DNA of 29,893 nt from Cyanobacteria bacterium P01_A01_bin.123 (GCA_039815185.1 JBCBZT010000073.1:1-29893); one strand, 5' to 3'. Shown: positions 7,309 through 16,335, counted from the first letter of the stretch. Notes: generated by a model from the sequence alone, not told the origin. A program made the numbers and translations.

Positions 7309-10300
7309 TTACAAGCCATTGCCGATCAACACAAACGGTGCCCAGTAATAGGGATGGCTTAGCGCATTGCTAGCTTCTGTGGCGTTTCTGCCGTCTTCCA
7401 GGCGAATGGCGATGCCTGCCCGTTCACCGCTGAGGACAGTTTCGTCACCGTTAATCAGTGCGGTTTGTGCCCATTGCAGGGCTTCTGCTTTGCCCATGCC
7501 TCGATCTAGCGCTGTGTAAAACGCGTTCATTAGCACCTGTGTACCGCCATCGCTCACTTTCCACAAAGAGGCAACCACGGCCCGTGCCCCGGCCCTTTGA
7601 AACTGATAGCCCAAGCCCAAGATTTCTTCACCATTGCCAAATGCGCCGCCTAGCCCCGTTTCACAGGCGCTGAGTACCACCAAATCCACATTGCTCAAAT
7701 TCCAGTCTTTGATATCGGCAAGGGTGGGGGTGTCGCCATTGCCAAACACGATGAATGACGATTCTGGCTCTCCTGGCACGAAGGCGGCATGGGTAGCGAA
7801 GTGGACAATGCTGTGATCGTTCATTTGAGGTCGCACAGCCGCGAGGCTAAACTGCTCGTCAATCAAGGGGGTTGCCATGGGAACCGTGGAGGCCAGTAAT
7901 TCCACCTCTCGGCCCGCAAAGGGCAAGCCTGGAAAGTTTTGAGTCTCGCCGTCTACTTCAATGGCGTAGTTCACTGTGTTATCAGCAAAGGCGGCGGCCA
8001 AAACGTCAACGGCGGCAGTGGGTTGAGTCTCTAAATCTTGTAGCGAGCGGGCCGTAATGTTGTTGACCTGGTAGCGCTGAATCAGCCATTGGTCGCCATC
8101 GTGCAGGGCTGCTAGGGGAACATAGCGCAGTTGACCATCAGGGGCATAGATGATTGTGTCTACACCAGCCTGTTGCAAATCCGCTTCAAGGGGGCGGATT
8201 AACCAGTCATAGAGAATTTGGGCGGGAGTTTCGGCGTTACGACTGGGGGAACGCAGGGCTTGGCGAAAATCTGAGATGGCGCGGTTGAGGTCTGAGCGGT
8301 CAATTTCAACGGTTCGACGTAGGGGGGGTGAGTTGGGGGTGGTGATCACCAGTTCGAGGCGATCTTCCAAAATCAAGGGATAGAGGATGGCGGCGTTGAG
8401 TTGTCCCAGATCGTCTTGGAGGGCAGATAAATCTTCTAAATTGAGGTTTTGTCGCTGGGCGGTGCGGCTGAGTTGATCCAGCAACCCTTGAATATCCTCA
8501 CTGTCGAGGAAGGCGTTGAATTGGGCATTGATCTCTTGCTGTAGCATGACAAGCTGATCAATTCGCTGGGTTTGTTCCGGCGATCGCTGGGTGGCTTCAA
8601 TTTGACGCAGTTGGGCCAGTTCTTGGCCGATTTCGATGGCGGTGTTTTGCAGTTCGTCGTAGCGTTCTAGAATGACCTGTTCGGGACGCAGGATTGTGAA
8701 TGTACTCTCACCGCCACGAACTCCGCGCAGATAGTTGTTGAGTTCTTGCACTTTTAACAAGTCGAGCACTTGCTGGGCTTCTAAGATCCGATCTTGCTGG
8801 AGCAGGAGGTCAGCCAGGGTACGGTAGTCGGCTTCAAAGGTTTCGACAAAGGTGAGTTGCACATCTAAAGGGAGTTCGCGAGTGTTGCCACGAATAGACT
8901 CGCGAACTTCGACCGAATGCTTGAGAAAAACAATCGCCAGTTCTGGCTTATCAAGATTGAGTAGGGCCTGCCCGATTTTCCCCAGGACTTCCCCTTCGCC
9001 TAAGGGCACCTCAATTTCCTGAAATAGAACTAAGGCCGTATAGTAGGATTCGATCGCTTGCTCATAATCTGCTAAGCCCGCATGGGCATCACCAATATTG
9101 AGCAGGGAACGGGCAATGCCAAAGCGATCGCGCAAGGGTTGTTTGAGTTCAATCGATTGCTGATTTAACGTGATTGATTGTTGATATTGGCCGATCTTGA
9201 GATGAGCCAAACCTAGATATTCTAAGGCGTTTGCTTGCCTGACAATATTATTGCCCTGTCGAAATATCTCTAGCGCTTCAGATAACGGGGCGATCGCCTG
9301 TTGCGGATTATCCAGATAGATTTGAGAGATGCCAAGATTACCCAGCATGGTGGCTTCTAAATCATCATCTTCGAGATTGATCGCCAGATCTAAACCTTGA
9401 TTAAATAGTTCAGCTCCCTTAGCAGATTGGCCGAGCAACGTGTATGCAGAGCCTAACGCCTCTAAGGAGTAGATCTGCTCTTCAAGATCTTCTAGTTCTT
9501 CGTAGAGTTCTAAGGAGCTAGAGAGGGAAGAGACCGCTTGCTGATAATCGCCCAACCATGTGTAAATCACCCCCAACCCCCTTAGCGTGAAGGCTTCTCC
9601 TGAGGTATTGCCACTGCGTTCAAAGATTTCAAGCGCATCCTGAAATGGATTTTCTGCCTCACGAAAATCATTATTAAAATAGCTTTCAATACCGCCAATT
9701 AACGGTTGAATAATTTCAATTTGCTCAGCAATCAATCCAGCCGTACCTTGCATAACTTCTATATCAGCTGTGTATTGATCTATATCTGGCAATTGTGTTC
9801 GTACTTCGCTGTCTAGACCTTCAAAATCTTGCTGCAATATTTGTAAATCTTGCCCGACTGCATTGATACTTACGAGCAAAGGAGAAACTTGGGATTGAGC
9901 GGATTGCCACAATCCAACAGCACCTTCAAAATCTCCAAAATTATAGCGCTGCTGTCCGGCAGTAAAAGTCTGTTCAACCTGTTCAATACCAATAGTGAGA
10001 TCCGTTAGATTTGCTGCAATCGGAATCAAAGTCTGAATGATCAGTAGAAGGTCTGTCGCCTGTTGAAAATCAACTGATCTCCCAAGGGTAGCTAAGCTTT
10101 CATCTTCACTAAGAGCTTGCAGATCGCTTTCGAGTGAACGGAGCGTGAGCAGTGATGCATCAAGTCTCTCTCCTGAGGATTCAAATTTTGTCAGCGCAGA
10201 CTGATACTGCTCCCCATTGAAATCATCAATCCCTGATTGAAACAGTTCAGTAATTTGATTGACTTCTAATGCCCAAGATACAAAATCATTGAAAAATAAT

Positions 10301-10818
10301 GTCACGCCGTCAAGTCGATTGAGACCTGATTCTAAATCGCTAATTCTCCTTAAAGTTATTTCAATTTGGTTAGCTTCAATGTCATCACTTGATTCAACTT
10401 GGAGCCGCAATTGGTGGATTTCGTCAATCAGGCTTCTAATGATTCCATTAGCCGATTGAAATGTTTGTGCAGAGCGTTCATACTGATCGTCTTGAAATAA
10501 TCTAACCCCTTCGAGTAGTGGTTCTTCGATGGCTCTGATGCGGGCTGCCAAATTGAGGAGTTGAGTCTGAATCGCTTCAGGCGGCTCATTGTCTGTGACT
10601 TCAGCATTCGTGATTTCGTCAGCCTCAACGGCTTGGACAACTAACTGATAATGCCCTGCATCTCCAGCATTGGCTTGTTTGATCTGTGGCGCTGGGCTCA
10701 ACATCTCCTGATCGTTAATATCAAGGCGATTCGATTTCGCAGGGCTAGGCAATGCTGATGGGATAACCGATAGCGCTAACGCTGAGATTAATAGACTGAA
10801 AAACCGGAGAGTAGTCAT
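7309..10818 (-). CDS. Probably exported TPR-CHAT protease with an N-terminal long-helix repeat region
   Basis: Signal-like N-terminus MTTLRFFSLLISALALSVIPSA; about 7 TPRs; EAQQVLDLLKVQEL; HFATHA and VVLSACETG dyad; HPYYWAPFVLIGNGL C-terminus. Confidence 0.92.
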   Translation of the reverse strand: MTTLRFFSLLISALALSVIPSALPSPAKSNRLDINDQEMLSPAPQIKQANAGDAGHYQLVVQAVEADEITNAEVTDNEPPEAIQTQLLNLAARIRAIEEPLLEGVRLFQDDQYERSAQTFQSANGIIRSLIDEIHQLRLQVESSDDIEANQIEITLRRISDLESGLNRLDGVTLFFNDFVSWALEVNQITELFQSGIDDFNGEQYQSALTKFESSGERLDASLLTLRSLESDLQALSEDESLATLGRSVDFQQATDLLLIIQTLIPIAANLTDLTIGIEQVEQTFTAGQQRYNFGDFEGAVGLWQSAQSQVSPLLVSINAVGQDLQILQQDFEGLDSEVRTQLPDIDQYTADIEVMQGTAGLIAEQIEIIQPLIGGIESYFNNDFREAENPFQDALEIFERSGNTSGEAFTLRGLGVIYTWLGDYQQAVSSLSSSLELYEELEDLEEQIYSLEALGSAYTLLGQSAKGAELFNQGLDLAINLEDDDLEATMLGNLGISQIYLDNPQQAIAPLSEALEIFRQGNNIVRQANALEYLGLAHLKIGQYQQSITLNQQSIELKQPLRDRFGIARSLLNIGDAHAGLADYEQAIESYYTALVLFQEIEVPLGEGEVLGKIGQALLNLDKPELAIVFLKHSVEVRESIRGNTRELPLDVQLTFVETFEADYRTLADLLLQQDRILEAQQVLDLLKVQELNNYLRGVRGGESTFTILRPEQVILERYDELQNTAIEIGQELAQLRQIEATQRSPEQTQRIDQLVMLQQEINAQFNAFLDSEDIQGLLDQLSRTAQRQNLNLEDLSALQDDLGQLNAAILYPLILEDRLELVITTPNSPPLRRTVEIDRSDLNRAISDFRQALRSPSRNAETPAQILYDWLIRPLEADLQQAGVDTIIYAPDGQLRYVPLAALHDGDQWLIQRYQVNNITARSLQDLETQPTAAVDVLAAAFADNTVNYAIEVDGETQNFPGLPFAGREVELLASTVPMATPLIDEQFSLAAVRPQMNDHSIVHFATHAAFVPGEPESSFIVFGNGDTPTLADIKDWNLSNVDLVVLSACETGLGGAFGNGEEILGLGYQFQRAGARAVVASLWKVSDGGTQVLMNAFYTALDRGMGKAEALQWAQTALINGDETVLSGERAGIAIRLEDGRNATEASNALSHPYYWAPFVLIGNGL

Positions 10819-10925
10819 AAGACGGGGCTAAGTAAACATTTTGAATTCGACATCTTTATTCTGCTATCAAGGTAAATCATAGGAAGCCCCGTTGGTTTTA
10901 GCACCGAATTTCCCTTAAGGACGCC

Positions 10926-12029
10926 TTATTCCCCTTGAATGAAGTCTGCATAGTTAAAGTCTTCGGATAGGTTTTTAGATGTTTTACACTTCCCCAGTGC
11001 TTCGTGGTAATAATGCAGTGCGATTGCGTGATGACCTAACCCTTCATGTAAGCGTCCCAACCGATTCAAAATCATTGCGGTTCCATAGCTTGTTTCATCA
11101 TGCTGTAACTTTTCTAGTGCCTCTAGATAGTAATTGATCGCTAAATCCTTGTGATTAGTGTGTTCGCATACTCTGGCAATTTGTCCCAGCAAGATACTCT
11201 CTTCTCGTACCACATTGACTTGTTGGCCAAACTCACGACAAGCTTCCAACGCAGCCTGATAGCATCCCAGCGCAAACAGAAATTCCTGCCGATGAACATA
11301 GACTTGCCCCATACAGGCTAAGGTCATTGATTCACCAAGTAAGTCTTTTAGGCTGTTTCGCAAGCTCAAGGCTTGCTCAAAGTGGTGCAGCGCTTGGCCA
11401 TGACGTTGGAGACGATAGCAGGTGATACCCAGGTTGTGTAGTGCTGCTGCTCGATAGGTGCGATCGCCAGATTCTTCAAACATTTCTACGGCTGCCTGGC
11501 TGTAAGTGTGGCTGCGTTCGTAATTTTGGAGCTTGCGATAGATCAATCCCAGGCCGTTCAAACAAAGCCCCATTTGGGTAACGCGTTGTTGCTGGGTAGC
11601 CTGGTACAAGGCTCGCTCGTAATAAGTCAGGGCTTGCTCATAGTTGGCCGTTACATGGTAATGATTGGCAATGCCCAACAGCGCTTCCGGGGTAGAAGGC
11701 GACTCAAAATCTTCAATCTCGGCTGGGGTTGTGATTTGGGCTTCAGCCGCTTGTTGGAGTTCACAGTCTTGGTAGATAAACCCGATTCCGTTCAAAGCCA
11801 TTTCCATCTTTGCGCCGTCATTGATTTGCTGGGCACCCATCAATAACTTTTGAAACGTTTCCAGGGCTAACTCAATTTGACCTTTATCAAACTGATGCCA
11901 GCCTAAGGTGTAGAGGGTAGATCCATCGTCAACCAGAGTCGTCCGGGGCGCGATCGCTTTATGAATCAAAGCCACCAGAAGGTGTAGCGGAGTGGTGATG
12001 GTGAAGCAAGCGATGAATGTGGGGGCCAT
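10926..12029 (-). CDS. TPR-only protein
   Basis: Multiple ~40-aa TPRs (ALNGIGFIY, CLNGLGLIY, ALHNLGITCY, ILNRLGRLH). AGGAG lies upstream of the ATG. No catalytic domain is recognisable. Confidence 0.85.
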   Translation of the reverse strand: MAPTFIACFTITTPLHLLVALIHKAIAPRTTLVDDGSTLYTLGWHQFDKGQIELALETFQKLLMGAQQINDGAKMEMALNGIGFIYQDCELQQAAEAQITTPAEIEDFESPSTPEALLGIANHYHVTANYEQALTYYERALYQATQQQRVTQMGLCLNGLGLIYRKLQNYERSHTYSQAAVEMFEESGDRTYRAAALHNLGITCYRLQRHGQALHHFEQALSLRNSLKDLLGESMTLACMGQVYVHRQEFLFALGCYQAALEACREFGQQVNVVREESILLGQIARVCEHTNHKDLAINYYLEALEKLQHDETSYGTAMILNRLGRLHEGLGHHAIALHYYHEALGKCKTSKNLSEDFNYADFIQGE

Positions 12030-12185
12030 GGTGGAAATCTCCTGGATTCAGACTATGTCGTTCACTAAAGCGATCTCTTTCTCACCCGCCAGAACTTATT
12101 CACTTTTTTAGAAAAATCGCTGTAGAGTCGATTAAGTAGATTTTCCCCGTCTGTAACTGCGACGTGACGACGGCATTGACAACCC

Positions 12186-12845
12186 ATGATTGCTTACACC
12201 CCCGAAAAACAGGTTTACCACGACAACTGGTTTGCCCAGTTGTTTATTTGGTTATTTAGCCGCAAGATTGCCAATGCCCTCGGCAAACGGACTTGGCCCA
12301 AGGGGTATGACGGATTTGTAACGCTCTCGAAGCAGATCATGCAGGGACGCAACGCCCAAGAACAGCAGGCTCTCGTCGCCGTCGTTCTCAAATCATTGGT
12401 GCCTGCCCCTGTGCTTTGGTTAATTCGCACGCTGTTCAGCCCTACCCAACTCGTGTGCGAACTCAATGCCTGGTTTGCCACCGTGTTGTTTGAATGGCTG
12501 GTTGGCCCCTGCGAAGTCACCGACGTCGAAGTCACCGACGCAGAGGGCACAGTGACGGTGCAAAAAAGCGGCGTCCACATCAAAAAATGTCGTTATCTAG
12601 AACAAAGCCACTGCGTTGGGTTGTGTATCAATATGTGTAAGCTACCAACCCAAAACTTTTTCACTCAGGATTTCGGCATTCCCCTCACCATGACCCCCAA
12701 CTTCGAAGACTACAGTTGCGAAATGGTTTTTGGGCAAACCCCACCCCCCTTAGAAACCGAAGCGATCTATCACCAACCCTGCTTGATTGACGACTGCACC
12801 ACGGCGACGGCAACGGCTGTCCCCTGTCCGAAGGTGAGGCAATAA
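12186..12845 (+). CDS. DUF4033 protein, DWARF27-like beta-carotene isomerase homolog
   Basis: F.WLVGPC and KCRYLEQSHCVGLCINMCKLPTQ.FF...FG.PLTM.PNFED.SC motifs of the D27 family. Confidence 0.88.
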   Translation: MIAYTPEKQVYHDNWFAQLFIWLFSRKIANALGKRTWPKGYDGFVTLSKQIMQGRNAQEQQALVAVVLKSLVPAPVLWLIRTLFSPTQLVCELNAWFATVLFEWLVGPCEVTDVEVTDAEGTVTVQKSGVHIKKCRYLEQSHCVGLCINMCKLPTQNFFTQDFGIPLTMTPNFEDYSCEMVFGQTPPPLETEAIYHQPCLIDDCTTATATAVPCPKVRQ

Positions 12846-13562
12846 CTACCGTTCTACTTGTACCGTCAGTACCTCATAATCTTCAGCTGCAAAAACGTCT
12901 TCAGCATAGGGATACATGCAGCGATCGCGATCAATCATGCCCGGATGGATGCCTAGAAATTGCTCATCCACGAAATGGGAAGTACGACAGATAACCGCTG
13001 AGTGGTCGCTAAAGAGTAGATAAGCTTCTCGCGACTGGGCATGTTCTTGACGTGAAATCCAGGCCAAATTAGTTGCGTCGGGATGCTTGGGGTGAGCTGT
13101 CACTAGCACTTCATAGTCGTGTTTGTAGAGCTCAATGGGGGGATCGGCTTCAAAAACAGCGATATTGCAGTAGCCATTGACGACCTTACCGGGGCGATTA
13201 ATGCCTAGGTGAACGGCACGACACAGCACAAGTGGATGACCATCGCCTTCTTGTCCAACGATAAATGCTTCCGGTGGCATCGCTTGGGTTGCCTGTAGAG
13301 CCACCCATTGATGATCGGTAATGGTATAGCGCAGGTGAGTTTGGGCTGAGACTAACTGTGCCACTTGCTGCAAGTTAGATTCAACCGGCGCTAAATTCTC
13401 GGTGGGAGCAGGCTTGGGCTGAACCTCCCTGTTGAGATAAAAAGCATCGACCATGGGATCAAATAGGGCGGCAAAAAAGCCAATGCCTGCAATCGTGATC
13501 AACCAGTGACATAGGCGACCCAATGTATAGGGATTTAGAGACTTTTCAGGAATTTTAGCCAT
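12846..13562 (-). CDS. Membrane-anchored DM9-repeat (DUF3421) lectin-like protein
   Basis: Two DM9 units (W...GQEGDGHPLVLCRA...PGKV...C...YEVL and W...ICR...HPG...C.YPY...YEVL) and an N-terminal hydrophobic helix. The likely start is the ATG at 13562; the ORF track extends to 13622. Confidence 0.8.
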   Translation of the reverse strand: MAKIPEKSLNPYTLGRLCHWLITIAGIGFFAALFDPMVDAFYLNREVQPKPAPTENLAPVESNLQQVAQLVSAQTHLRYTITDHQWVALQATQAMPPEAFIVGQEGDGHPLVLCRAVHLGINRPGKVVNGYCNIAVFEADPPIELYKHDYEVLVTAHPKHPDATNLAWISRQEHAQSREAYLLFSDHSAVICRTSHFVDEQFLGIHPGMIDRDRCMYPYAEDVFAAEDYEVLTVQVER

Positions 13563-13625
13563 CGCGAAATGCCTTCTAATGGGGGTATTAACACCAAACT
13601 GAGCCACAAAACAACAGGACAAATG

Positions 13626-13639
13626 GGTACATTTGTACC
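13626..13639. promoter_or_regulatory. Cyanobacterial LexA box GGTACATTTGTACC
   Basis: Exact match to the RGTAC-N3-DGTWCB consensus, near-palindromic, 64-77 nt upstream of the likely DM9 gene start. Confidence 0.7.
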
Positions 13640-13744
13640 TTGTATTTCTATGGTACAGGTAAACTACTCTTGGTCAAGGGCACCTTGATGACCTTAGACC
13701 GTTGACTTAAACGTGAGACATCACCTCAAAGTTAGCCATGACCC

Positions 13745-14710
13745 TCATCTCAAAATCGGGGGAGGCTCACAAGCGATCGCGATCGATTTCTCTAGCCTGG
13801 GGTGCAGAAAGCGGAGATGACAGGCGTGCAGGTAATAGCCGATGTCTCCTGGGACAGGCAGCTTCGTGCCACCCGCCGGGGGAGTCAAGCGAGGAATACC
13901 ACCCACGGTGTACAGCGGATCGCCAATTAAGGGATACCCTGCGGCTGCTAAATGAATCCGAATTTGGTGGGGGCGTCCGGTGCGAATCGTGACTTCCACT
14001 AGGGTCTGTTGGGGCGATCGCGCCAAAACTTGCCCCTCACTATATGCGGGCAATCCCGCTGGTGTTGAGCCATAGACATACCCCAGTAGCGGATGGGGCA
14101 GTTTACCGATGGGTGTGGTGAGCGTGAAGCGATCGCCTAAATCCCGGGCACCAATTGATGGCCCCACCAACGCCCGATAGGTTTTCTGTAATGTTCGTTC
14201 CGAGATCGATGGCGCTACACTAGATTGCCGCATCTGTTGACTCAGGTGGGCCTTTGCTAGGGGCGATCGCGCCAATAACAACACCCCAGAAGTGCCCCGC
14301 CCCAGACGATGGATAGGCACCGGAGTGTCTGTAGGGTAATGCTGTTTTAGCTGATGCAGCAGGGTATGCTGCAAAAAGCCGCCCCCGGGTAACACAGGCA
14401 ACCCAGCCGGTTTGGAGACTGCCAGCACATCTGAGTCTTCATAGAGGATCTCAAAATCTAGGGGTACCTCTGGTTCCGACCAGGGGAGGCGATGATAAGC
14501 CAGGTGTTGTCCCCGCTTCAAGGGCGTGTCTGGGTTAATGACTTGCCCCTCTAACAAAATCTGCCCCGCTAAAATTCTGGCGTGCCATTCTGCGCGACTG
14601 GAATGGCCATAGCGATCGCTGTAGTAATTCAATACAGACTGCCCCGCTGCCGTTGGGGGCACCCGTTCTCGATAGATCCAGCCTTGATTCTGGCCTTGCT
14701 GGCAACTCAT
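13745..14710 (-). CDS. RluA family RNA pseudouridine synthase
   Basis: KPAGLPV, HRLGRGTSG, TGRPHQIRIH, GYPLIGDPLY. Confidence 0.9.
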   Translation of the reverse strand: MSCQQGQNQGWIYRERVPPTAAGQSVLNYYSDRYGHSSRAEWHARILAGQILLEGQVINPDTPLKRGQHLAYHRLPWSEPEVPLDFEILYEDSDVLAVSKPAGLPVLPGGGFLQHTLLHQLKQHYPTDTPVPIHRLGRGTSGVLLLARSPLAKAHLSQQMRQSSVAPSISERTLQKTYRALVGPSIGARDLGDRFTLTTPIGKLPHPLLGYVYGSTPAGLPAYSEGQVLARSPQQTLVEVTIRTGRPHQIRIHLAAAGYPLIGDPLYTVGGIPRLTPPAGGTKLPVPGDIGYYLHACHLRFLHPRLEKSIAIACEPPPILR

Positions 14711-14924
14711 AAATCACACCCGATTTGAAACCTTGGGCCTTCGCTTGAGGAAAACCCACAGCTCTGGATGTGAAAGAGAGACTGGTTGCACTTTGTTGCA
14801 TCCATGGGCGATCGCGTTTCTATCGGGGAATTACTAAATTAAATCGTGGCTTGCCCCGATTTGTGGGGTTCCCAAACCTCTAAACTCCGTCCAAATCTAT
14901 TTGTTGTCAATTCTCCTGTAAATT

Positions 14925-15512
14925 GTGATGCAATATCCCCTTGAGCTAACGTTTAAGTTTTGGTCTTTGGCACCCCAAATGTCTGTCAAAGACGCGAACG
15001 AAAACACACTATTCTATATTCGTCAAAAGCTATTCAAACTCAAAGAAGCCATTGGTATTTTTGCCGATGCCCAACGGTCGCAACTACTCTATGAAATCAA
15101 GGCTGATCGGATTATCGATTTCTCTGCCCGTTATCACTTTTTAGATGCTCAACGGGGCGATATTGGCTCAGTCAAGCGCCATGGCCTCCGTTCCATCTGG
15201 CGGGCTCGCTACGACATCTACGATGGTAATGATGTCGTTTTCACCATCCATGAAGAAAATCCCTGGATCAAGTTAATGGACAGTGTGTTTGCTGAAATCC
15301 CTATTGTAGGGCTGTTCACTGGCTATGTGTTTAACCCAGCTTTTCTAGTACAGCGCCCTGATGAAAGTATCGTGATGCGTCTTTCTAAGCGCCCTACTTT
15401 TATGTCGAGAATTTTTAATATTAAACAAATCGATCATCTCACTGAAAGAGAAGAAACCCAAGTATTACTCAGCCTGATGATGATGCTCTTGCTAGAGCGC
15501 AATCGGGGATAG
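14925..15512 (+). CDS. LURP-one/scramblase (Tubby C-terminal-like) family protein
   Basis: RQKLFKLKEAI..F, IKADRIIDFSARY and IHEENPW pattern typical of this conserved bacterial family. Confidence 0.65.
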   Translation: MMQYPLELTFKFWSLAPQMSVKDANENTLFYIRQKLFKLKEAIGIFADAQRSQLLYEIKADRIIDFSARYHFLDAQRGDIGSVKRHGLRSIWRARYDIYDGNDVVFTIHEENPWIKLMDSVFAEIPIVGLFTGYVFNPAFLVQRPDESIVMRLSKRPTFMSRIFNIKQIDHLTEREETQVLLSLMMMLLLERNRG

Positions 15513-15531
15513 TGCGATTTGGGGTTGATGA

Positions 15532-15568
15532 GACGAAAGGGACGCGAGTTGTTGCGTCCCTTTTGTTT
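15532..15568. terminator. Probable bidirectional intrinsic terminator
   Basis: Stem AAAGGGACGCGA / TTGCGTCCCTTT with a 4-nt loop and T-rich flank, located between two convergent genes. Confidence 0.85.
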
Positions 15569-15595
15569 GAGTGGTAATTAACTAATGAACTAGGC

Positions 15596-16231
15596 TTACT
15601 TGTTGGGTTGAGGCGTCATGCGCAGATAAGGCTTGATTTCGGTGACGCCTTTTGGGAACTTCTGCTTCGCTTCCTCGGTAGGAATGGCAGGAGACACCAC
15701 CACATCTTCACCTTCTTGCCAATCTACAGGTGTGGCGACACTGTAGTTGTCGGTCAGCTGCAGCGAATCAATTACCCGCAAAATCTCATGGAAGTTGCGA
15801 CCCGTGCTAGGCGGATAGGTGATGGTTAACCGCAGCTTTTTGTTAGGGTCAATCACAAACACCGTACGCACGGTGACTTTAGCATTGGCATTGGGATGAA
15901 TCATGCCGTACAGGTCAGAGACCTTTTTATCTTCGTCGGCAATGATGGGATAGTTAACCGTCGTACTTTGGGTTTCGTTGATATCACTAATCCAACCCTG
16001 GTGAGACTCAGTGCCGTCAACGCTGAGTGCAATCACCTTCGCACCCCGCTTTTCAAACTCGGGCTTGAGTTTAGCCACGTTCCCCAGCTCGGTGGTGCAC
16101 ACGGGGGTATAGTCTGCTGGGTGAGAAAATAACACAACCCAGCTATCGCCTGCCCAATCGTAAAAGTTGATTTCACCCTCGGAGGTTTGTTGGGTGAAGT
16201 TAGGTACCGTATCTCCTAATTGAAGCACCAT
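15596..16231 (-). CDS. 1-Cys peroxiredoxin (Prx6 family)
   Basis: FSHPADYTPVCTTELG active site and GRNFHEILRVIDSLQLT. The likely start is the ATG at 16231. Confidence 0.95.
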   Translation of the reverse strand: MVLQLGDTVPNFTQQTSEGEINFYDWAGDSWVVLFSHPADYTPVCTTELGNVAKLKPEFEKRGAKVIALSVDGTESHQGWISDINETQSTTVNYPIIADEDKKVSDLYGMIHPNANAKVTVRTVFVIDPNKKLRLTITYPPSTGRNFHEILRVIDSLQLTDNYSVATPVDWQEGEDVVVSPAIPTEEAKQKFPKGVTEIKPYLRMTPQPNK

Positions 16232-16306
16232 AACCAAGTTTCCTGTGATCTAATATGAGGTCTACAACACGTCAGCAGAAATATCTGCCACACTATGCAT
16301 CATGAC

Positions 16307-16335
16307 ATAAACCCCGGTATCCCGATCGGAGATTA
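16307..16335. promoter_or_regulatory. Imperfect palindromic operator upstream of the peroxiredoxin gene (Rrf2-type candidate)
   Basis: ATAAACCCCGGTATCCCGATCGGAGATTA has the dyad CCGnT-N6-AnCGG with AT-rich flanks, just upstream of a -10-like TGTCATGAT on the minus strand. Confidence 0.45.

Noticed and set aside
140..12029. CRISPR type III-E/Craspase or other CRISPR-linked CHAT system
   Set aside because: No cas genes and no repeat-spacer array anywhere in the window. The only periodic repeats are coding TPRs.
12512..12540. 14-nt tandem duplication CGAAGTCACCGACG within the D27-like gene
   Set aside because: In frame (EVTD-V-EVTD), only two copies, and no evidence of function.
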